The notes below the pieces were generated by a model that saw nothing but the letters and a program-made list of their open reading frames with translations, was not told the DNA's origin and did no database searches. The translations under genes were made by a program, and so were the position numbers. Shown one piece after another: positions 47,805 to 53,790 of a DNA stretch of 53,790 nt (its first letter is position 1; every line of letters starts with the position of its first letter). Location of the stretch: contig CAZILC010000009.1 of assembly GCA_964540055.1 (NCBI GenBank), forward strand, positions 1 through 53,790, read 5' to 3'. This stretch comes from an uncultured Gammaproteobacteria bacterium (GTDB lineage Bacteria; Patescibacteriota; Microgenomatia; Levybacterales; UBA12049).

Positions 47805-49168
47805 TACATAAATAATGACACAATTGTGGCAATACCGGAAATCGTCATTATTCCTGTAATATACCAGCCTAACGCTGCAACAAAAGGCGGATTAATTCTT
47901 TCTTTAACGACTTTTTTATTGCTTGCCATATGAACAATGAAATATAAAATAACCGGAGCAACCAATCCATTTACAACCGCTGAATAAATGAGCATTTTAA
48001 TCGGATCAAATCCGATAAAATTAATGACCAGACCAACGAGCATTGAGAGAATGATTACTCCATAAAAAGACCGGGCATTTTTCAATTTACGATATAATCC
48101 TGATTTCCATCTAAATCCCTCAGCAATAGTATAGGCAGCAGAACCTGCAAGTACTGGAACAGCAAGCAGTCCCATTCCAACAATTCCAAACGCAAAAAGG
48201 ATAAATGCCTGATCACCTGCAAGTGGTTTCAATGCTGCGGCTGCATCAGCAGCAGAGTGTATTGTTGTTATTCCGTGAGAAAAAAGCACCGCTGCACACG
48301 TTGCAATGATAAAAAACATCACTGCGTTGGAAACAAACATCCCGGTCCATACATCTATTCGCATTTTTTTAATTTCTTCATCAGATGTGCCTTCACGAAG
48401 CCGGAGGGAAGTTTTACCGTTCGCGATTTCATCTTCCACTTCATGTGACGTTTGCCAAAAAAATAAATAAGGTGAAATTGTGGTACCCAAAACCGCAGTG
48501 ATGATAAAAAACTGATCTTTCGTTGGTGTAATCGATGGCATAAAAGAGTGAGTGAAAAGCTGTCGAATATCAATGTGTACAATAAATGCAGTTGCAACGT
48601 ATGATAAAAGAACAAGTACAAGATACTTTAAATACTTTGCGTAACGCTCGTATGGCGTATAAATTTGAAGCAAAAGACAAAATAACGTAAAAATTGTTGT
48701 TATGAGCAAAAAATTAAAGTGAGGAAAAATCAACTGTACTGCCTTTGACATGGCTCCCAAATCGGCGCCGATATTTAGCGTGTTTGCAATAAAAAGTAAG
48801 CCTGCACACATATAAATTACCCATTTCGGATAATTAATTCTGATATTTCCTGCGAGTCCACGACCGGTTGTCAAACCAATCCTCGCACACATCTCTTGCA
48901 CAACAGCCATAAGAGGAAAAGTAAATAAAGAAAGCCATAAGAGTTGAAAACCATATTGAGCGCCGACTTGTGAATACGTCGCAATTCCGGAAGGATCATC
49001 ATCTGCAGCACCCGTTATCAAACCTGGTCCCAAACCAGACCAAAAACTATGCGCCTTACGTAAATGAGCAACATCAGCAGCGTCTTTACCTAATTTTTTT
49101 GTTAAGTCAACACTTTTTTCCAAAGCAACGGAAGGCGCGGCAACGATATTTTCAAATTTTTCTTCCAT
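47804..49168 (-). CDS. NRAMP-like divalent metal cation transporter
   Basis: GPGLITGAADDDPSGIATYSQ, QEMCARIG, GTTISPYLFFWQ. Confidence 0.9.
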   Translation of the reverse strand: MEEKFENIVAAPSVALEKSVDLTKKLGKDAADVAHLRKAHSFWSGLGPGLITGAADDDPSGIATYSQVGAQYGFQLLWLSLFTFPLMAVVQEMCARIGLTTGRGLAGNIRINYPKWVIYMCAGLLFIANTLNIGADLGAMSKAVQLIFPHFNFLLITTIFTLFCLLLQIYTPYERYAKYLKYLVLVLLSYVATAFIVHIDIRQLFTHSFMPSITPTKDQFFIITAVLGTTISPYLFFWQTSHEVEDEIANGKTSLRLREGTSDEEIKKMRIDVWTGMFVSNAVMFFIIATCAAVLFSHGITTIHSAADAAAALKPLAGDQAFILFAFGIVGMGLLAVPVLAGSAAYTIAEGFRWKSGLYRKLKNARSFYGVIILSMLVGLVINFIGFDPIKMLIYSAVVNGLVAPVILYFIVHMASNKKVVKERINPPFVAALGWYITGIMTISGIATIVSLFM

Positions 49169-49275
49169 ATATTAATAGTACCTAATTTAAAAAAGATAGC
49201 AATACCATATGCGATTCCTTGACTTTAAAATGACTTAAGCTTATCCTTTAATAAGGAGCTTTTTACCCATAACGT

Positions 49276-50121
49276 GTGAAAGAATTATTGACATCATCAA
49301 AATTTATCTCAATTTCTTTAGCAGTAGTCGCACTCATTATTCTCCCATTAACTCTCATAGAATTAAGAAATACGCAAACGTTCCAACAATCTGCAGCTAC
49401 AAATTGTCCTTCTGGTTATAATGGTGATAGTAATGCAATTATTTGGTGCGGCGCAAACAGTAATGGCTCTGCACAACCAAGCAGAATTACCTACACGTAT
49501 AACCACGGTGATGGACACAACTCAGCAAAAAGTATACAGAATATTTATGGTTCTGGTTTTTTCGGTATTACTAGTTCAGAAATCCAAAATTTAGGAAGTA
49601 CTGCCAAAGTCGGCTCGGTCACAAAAAGCGGTGATGTTATTGTGGGGGGCAAAGTCGTCGCAACCAATGCTGTCACAGCAGGCCGTCTGAATATATCGGG
49701 TAGTACCAAACGAACAAGCAATGGGACGGTGTTTTATACACGTCCACCCAAAGTTTCCTTTTTGAGTAATTCGCTAAGTGCCTATGTCGTTATGGTCAAT
49801 GGCAAATTTAAATTTGCAATCCTTATTAGCTGCGGAAATCCTGTGATTGGCACTCCCAAAGCACCTGCACCTACCCCCACGCCGACTAAAAAACCTACTC
49901 CCACACCAACTAACAAGCCCGGACTGACCCCCACGCCGACTAAAAAACCACTACCAACACCTACTAAAGCACCAACAATTGCACCGACTAAAAAGCCATC
50001 ACCTACTCCCACTACTCCACCTGGTCAGCCAACACCTACGATTTGTCCGACATTAGGTCCTGTGAAGAATGTCAAAATTACTTGTCCGAACTGTCAATTA
50101 AGCCCTAGTCCGGATCAATAA
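49276..50121 (+). CDS. Exported protein with Cys-containing domain and Pro/Thr-rich stalk
   Basis: N-terminal TM + QTFQQSA; [23 protein letters not shown]; PTPTPTKK repeats. Confidence 0.75.
   Translation: MKELLTSSKFISISLAVVALIILPLTLIELRNTQTFQQSAATNCPSGYNGDSNAIIWCGANSNGSAQPSRITYTYNHGDGHNSAKSIQNIYGSGFFGITSSEIQNLGSTAKVGSVTKSGDVIVGGKVVATNAVTAGRLNISGSTKRTSNGTVFYTRPPKVSFLSNSLSAYVVMVNGKFKFAILISCGNPVIGTPKAPAPTPTPTKKPTPTPTNKPGLTPTPTKKPLPTPTKAPTIAPTKKPSPTPTTPPGQPTPTICPTLGPVKNVKITCPNCQLSPSPDQ
49873..49949 (+). repeat. 23-bp intragenic direct repeat (54-bp period)
   Basis: ACCCCCACGCCGACTAAAAAACC at 49873 and 49927, encoding TPTPTKK. Confidence 0.8.
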
Positions 50122-50132
50122 GTATAAAAAAT

Positions 50133-51296
50133 ATGAATAAACCTAAACTATCAAAACCAATAGTATTTACCTTTCTGTGTATTCTCTTGGTCGGAATTTC
50201 GCTTTCTTTGTATGCGTTGCAGCATCAACAAATCTTTCAACAATTTGCATGGACAACCGAGCAATCTGCATTGACGCAATGTTCCCCTGATGGAACCGCC
50301 GTAATTGTTGCTACTTTTTCCAATACCGAGGCAGATAAGGATATGAATGTCATTGTCTCGGATATCCAGACGGGGGCGACTGTCGATATGAGAACAGTAA
50401 AGGCTCAGGAACAAAAATCAGCAAATATCGTTACCAATAAAAAATCACTGGCAAAAGGTTCCGTTATCTTCCACCTGACGTGGACTGATGGTTCTAAAGG
50501 AACTGACCAATTTAGTGCCTCTTATAATGCAATCAATGATTGTCCTGTACCGACGGTGAATTTCTGTCCTGATACTACTCAAAACGGTCAAGGCACGTGT
50601 TCTTGGGATCCAATACCTGATGCGAAAGGATACAATGTCGTAGTCAAGGAAACAGATAACGGTGCTATCATTCAAGCTATCAGTTTATCTCCTGATGCAA
50701 CACAAAGTGCCTTCCCCATGACACCAGGCGTTCCCTATGTTTGTACTGTTACACCAACAAATGAATGTGGTGGGGGAACACCGGCTCAAAGTTCAGAGAA
50801 AATTTGTACTGTTCCGACACCTACGCCGACAAGTGAAATTAGTCCAACGCCAACCCTTTCACCTACTCCATCAACAGCAGTGAGTATATCGCCATCCCCC
50901 GTACTCTCTCCAACTGAAACGCCTGTTCCCACCCAAATTCCAACCGCAACCCCGGCACCTACGGCAACTCCCGTGCCAACAGCTAAACCAACACCGCATC
51001 CAACGCCCTCGCCGGTTGTTGTTATCATTACACAGCCTCCACAGCAAGTAGTAATTACATCACCTCCAAAACAGACAATTGTGAGAATTCCGGGACAAAC
51101 CCAGACTATTGTTCAGCAATTACCTCCGCAGACTGTCGTCGTCACCCAACCGCCACAGCCAACTGCCAAACCATACTCACCTGTTACGCCTGTCCCGACT
51201 GTTCCTCCAACAGGAAATACGACACCAACAGTTATTTTAGTTGGCACAAGTGCTTTCCTATTAATCGCTGGGGGAATTGTTTTCTTCTTACTATAG
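50133..51296 (+). CDS. Surface protein: Ig/FN3-like domains, Pro/Thr stalk, C-terminal PPTG + TM (putative sorting signal)
   Basis: N-terminal TM + QIFQQFA; SWDP..A.GYNV..Y.CTV.P.N; VPPTGN followed by hydrophobic helix. Confidence 0.75.
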   Translation: MNKPKLSKPIVFTFLCILLVGISLSLYALQHQQIFQQFAWTTEQSALTQCSPDGTAVIVATFSNTEADKDMNVIVSDIQTGATVDMRTVKAQEQKSANIVTNKKSLAKGSVIFHLTWTDGSKGTDQFSASYNAINDCPVPTVNFCPDTTQNGQGTCSWDPIPDAKGYNVVVKETDNGAIIQAISLSPDATQSAFPMTPGVPYVCTVTPTNECGGGTPAQSSEKICTVPTPTPTSEISPTPTLSPTPSTAVSISPSPVLSPTETPVPTQIPTATPAPTATPVPTAKPTPHPTPSPVVVIITQPPQQVVITSPPKQTIVRIPGQTQTIVQQLPPQTVVVTQPPQPTAKPYSPVTPVPTVPPTGNTTPTVILVGTSAFLLIAGGIVFFLL

Positions 51297-51312
51297 TATA
51301 ATCGAAGAGCTC

Positions 51313-52185
51313 ATGGAACTTGCGCTCGTATTGGCATTTATAACATTCATAGGTTGGGGAACAGGAGATTTATTTACTATCTATTCTGTTCGTAAAATCG
51401 GAACAAAAATTACTATAATTTGGATTTATCTATTTAGTTTTTTGTTAGCTCTTGTAGCGCTACCTTTTTTTCCACATAATGTTGCAGCCATAACATTTCC
51501 CTTATTATGTTTTAACATTATCTTAGGATTATTCTTTGTATTTGGAAATGTCCTCGTTGCTGAAGCATTTCGTATTTCCAGTGCGCCGTTAATTGGAGTA
51601 ATTATTCCGTCATTTCCCGCAGCAGTTCTGGTTCTCAACGCAATACTTTATCATGACACAATAACCCCATTACAAATGCTTTGCATTCTAGTTATTCTTT
51701 TTGGTGTTAGCCTTTGCTGCGTTAATTTTACACTGGTAAAAAAATCCAAAAAAATATTTGATAGAGGTACAACACTCGCTCTCATCGCAATAACATTTTT
51801 TACCATATTTTTTACCTTTTCTAGAATTTTGATACATACCTATGGGTGGTTTCTTCCCACATTTATTGCAACAGCGTGCTTTCCTATTTTATTTTTCCTC
51901 TTTTTTAAAGGCAAAGAAAAATTTACCGTGCCAAAAAACACTAAAATTCTTTTCTCTTTGTTTATGGTTGCGCTTTTGATTAGATCCGGTGACTTTGCTT
52001 TTAATTATGGAATCACTCTTCCAAACGCCAGCGGTATAGTAACACCAATTGCAAATGCAGCGCCAGTTCTTTTTGTGGTTACCTCATTTTTATTCTATAG
52101 AGACAAATTGTCCAAACAGCAAGTATTCGGTATTCTTGTTACCCTAATCGGTCTTATTCTATTAACTTTTTTTGGCACGAAATAA
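51313..52185 (+). CDS. EamA/DMT-family transporter
   Basis: About 10 TM in two repeats; GWGTGD, PIANAAP, YRDKLS.QQ..G; start moved to ATG 51313. Confidence 0.8.
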   Translation: MELALVLAFITFIGWGTGDLFTIYSVRKIGTKITIIWIYLFSFLLALVALPFFPHNVAAITFPLLCFNIILGLFFVFGNVLVAEAFRISSAPLIGVIIPSFPAAVLVLNAILYHDTITPLQMLCILVILFGVSLCCVNFTLVKKSKKIFDRGTTLALIAITFFTIFFTFSRILIHTYGWFLPTFIATACFPILFFLFFKGKEKFTVPKNTKILFSLFMVALLIRSGDFAFNYGITLPNASGIVTPIANAAPVLFVVTSFLFYRDKLSKQQVFGILVTLIGLILLTFFGTK

Positions 52186-52209
52186 ATATAACTGTAGTAT
52201 AATAATGCT

Positions 52210-52893
52210 ATGAAAAAAGTTGTTGTCATTACCGGCGCGTCGAGCGGATTGGGTAAAGAGATCGCAAAACAGCTTCTTACAACTGGTAACTATGTATTGA
52301 TTGTGACAGGAAGAAACAATGAGGGTTTTGAGGAATTCAAATCTTCACCTGATGTCACAATCATTATTGGTGATCTAACGAAAAAAACTACAATTGATCT
52401 GCTAGAGCATGCTGTAAAAGAACAAGGGAAAATAGATATTCTTATCAACAATGCTGGAATTACGTATATTAATCCAATTACAGAAAATTCAGAACAAAAA
52501 ATTGATGAACTTCTGGCAATAAATCTTAAAGCCCCAATGCTTCTCACCCAAAGACTTTACCCGCTCATGGTAAAGCAACAATCAGGCCATATCATAAACG
52601 TTAATTCAGCAGCCGGAAAAGAAGGTAAACCAAATCATACTATTTATTCCGCAGCAAAATTTGGTTTAAAAGGATTTACCGATGCGCTTCGTCACGAAGC
52701 AAAATCTCATAATATTCGGGTTACCAGTTTCCACCCAGGAGGGATTAACACTCCTTTATATAGAAACCTCCCGCATGTTCCGAAAGAAAAATATATGGAT
52801 CCTTTGGACATAGCAAAATTACTAATTCAGCTTATTCAGACGGATCCCTCTCTTTCTCCGGATGAAATAGTCATTACGAGAATGACAAAATAA
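52210..52893 (+). CDS. SDR family NAD(P)-dependent oxidoreductase
   Basis: TGASSGLG, INNAG, NS, YSAAK, PG. Confidence 0.93.
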   Translation: MKKVVVITGASSGLGKEIAKQLLTTGNYVLIVTGRNNEGFEEFKSSPDVTIIIGDLTKKTTIDLLEHAVKEQGKIDILINNAGITYINPITENSEQKIDELLAINLKAPMLLTQRLYPLMVKQQSGHIINVNSAAGKEGKPNHTIYSAAKFGLKGFTDALRHEAKSHNIRVTSFHPGGINTPLYRNLPHVPKEKYMDPLDIAKLLIQLIQTDPSLSPDEIVITRMTK

Positions 52894-52929
52894 TTTTTAA
52901 ACAAACTACTTTTTTGTTATACTTATGTA

Positions 52930-53790
52930 ATGCTGACCTATTTCCAGGCAATAATTTTTGGTTTATTGCAAGGCATCACTGAGCTTTTTCCAATCTCAAG
53001 TCTCGGACATAGTGTACTATTGCCAAAACTTCTTGGTTGGAATATCGATCAGCATGCACCATTTTTTTTAACCTTCCTCATTGCCACACATTTCGCAACA
53101 GCTCTCGTTTTATTTTTCTATTTCTTTAAAGAATGGAAACGTATATTTGCCGGAATTTTTCGATCTTTAAAAGAACGCGAAATTAGAGAGAGTGATGCAG
53201 ATGCTAAGTTGGGATGGTTAATTGTTGTCGCAACTATCCCCGCGGGAATACTTGGAATTTTATTTGAAAAAACGTTTGCAGAACTTTTTGCAAATCCTCA
53301 GCTAGTGGCTGGCGTTCTTGTTCTTAATGGTTTACTGCTTTTGGGTGCTGAGAGAATTAGAAAAAGGAAAACTGAAAAACGAGAAGAAACACATAGCAAT
53401 AAACGTATTGCAAAACTCACGTGGATGCAAGCAATTAAAGTTGGCCTTCTGCAATGTATTGCGCTTATTCCCGGCTTTTCAAGAACGGGTGCAACGTTAA
53501 CGGGAAGTTTATTGGAAGGCTTATCTCATGAAGATGCAGCACGATTTGCATTTCTTTTGGCAACGCCAATCATTGGTGCTGCAGCTCTTTTGAAATTACC
53601 CGAGCTTGCTGGTGCCAATGATAAAGCAACGCTTATTCCCATCCTAATAGGTGCAATAACAGCAGGTATTGCAGCATATTTTTCAGTAAGATTCCTTATA
53701 AAATATTTTGAAACAAAAACCTTAACACCCTTTGGAGTATATTGTTGTATCGTTGGTGGAGTATTAACTATTCTCTTCTTCTTTTACTGA
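52930..53790 (+). CDS. uppP: Undecaprenyl-diphosphate phosphatase (BacA/UppP)
   Basis: LQGITELFPISSLGH, ATIPA, ALIPGFSRTGAT, AARFAFLL. Confidence 0.95.
   Translation: MLTYFQAIIFGLLQGITELFPISSLGHSVLLPKLLGWNIDQHAPFFLTFLIATHFATALVLFFYFFKEWKRIFAGIFRSLKEREIRESDADAKLGWLIVVATIPAGILGILFEKTFAELFANPQLVAGVLVLNGLLLLGAERIRKRKTEKREETHSNKRIAKLTWMQAIKVGLLQCIALIPGFSRTGATLTGSLLEGLSHEDAARFAFLLATPIIGAAALLKLPELAGANDKATLIPILIGAITAGIAAYFSVRFLIKYFETKTLTPFGVYCCIVGGVLTILFFFY

Noticed and set aside
49860-51210. Repetitive CCN/ACN tracts as CRISPR or DGR repeats
   Set aside because: They encode Pro/Thr linkers; no repeat-spacer periodicity and no cas or reverse transcriptase genes

Overview
AT-rich, genetic-code-11 bacterial chromosomal segment whose gene content points to a Patescibacteria/CPR genome, most likely Microgenomates (inference from many GT-C-fold membrane glycosyltransferases, Pro/Thr-rich surface proteins and pervasive leaderless genes). 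Left to right: (1) envelope glycosylation/acylation cluster (1-10.4 kb); (2) glnA and tRNA-Glu(CTC); (3) a variable stretch of unrelated, individually promoted genes (12.2-21.8 kb): signal peptidase I-CAP fusion, frameshifted methyltransferase, a gene remnant, a second AT3 acyltransferase, a Doc-type toxin-antitoxin pair and an orphan CheD-like protein; (4) a signalling/stress-rich region (21.8-49.2 kb) with 5 histidine kinases, 4 response regulators, Crp/Fnr, MarR/MFS, Lon, KGG, GlsB/YeaQ, YtxH-like, YjbQ and NRAMP-like genes, and a class F sortase; (5) Pro/Thr-rich surface proteins, EamA, SDR and uppP. The most notable item is a 58-aa secreted Thr/Ala-rich peptide missing from the ORF track (41986-42162, minus). 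It ends in APATG-RAK with no membrane anchor and lies directly upstream of the sortase. No CRISPR array, integrase, transposase or rRNA was seen. All family assignments come from motif recognition by eye; no searches were run.
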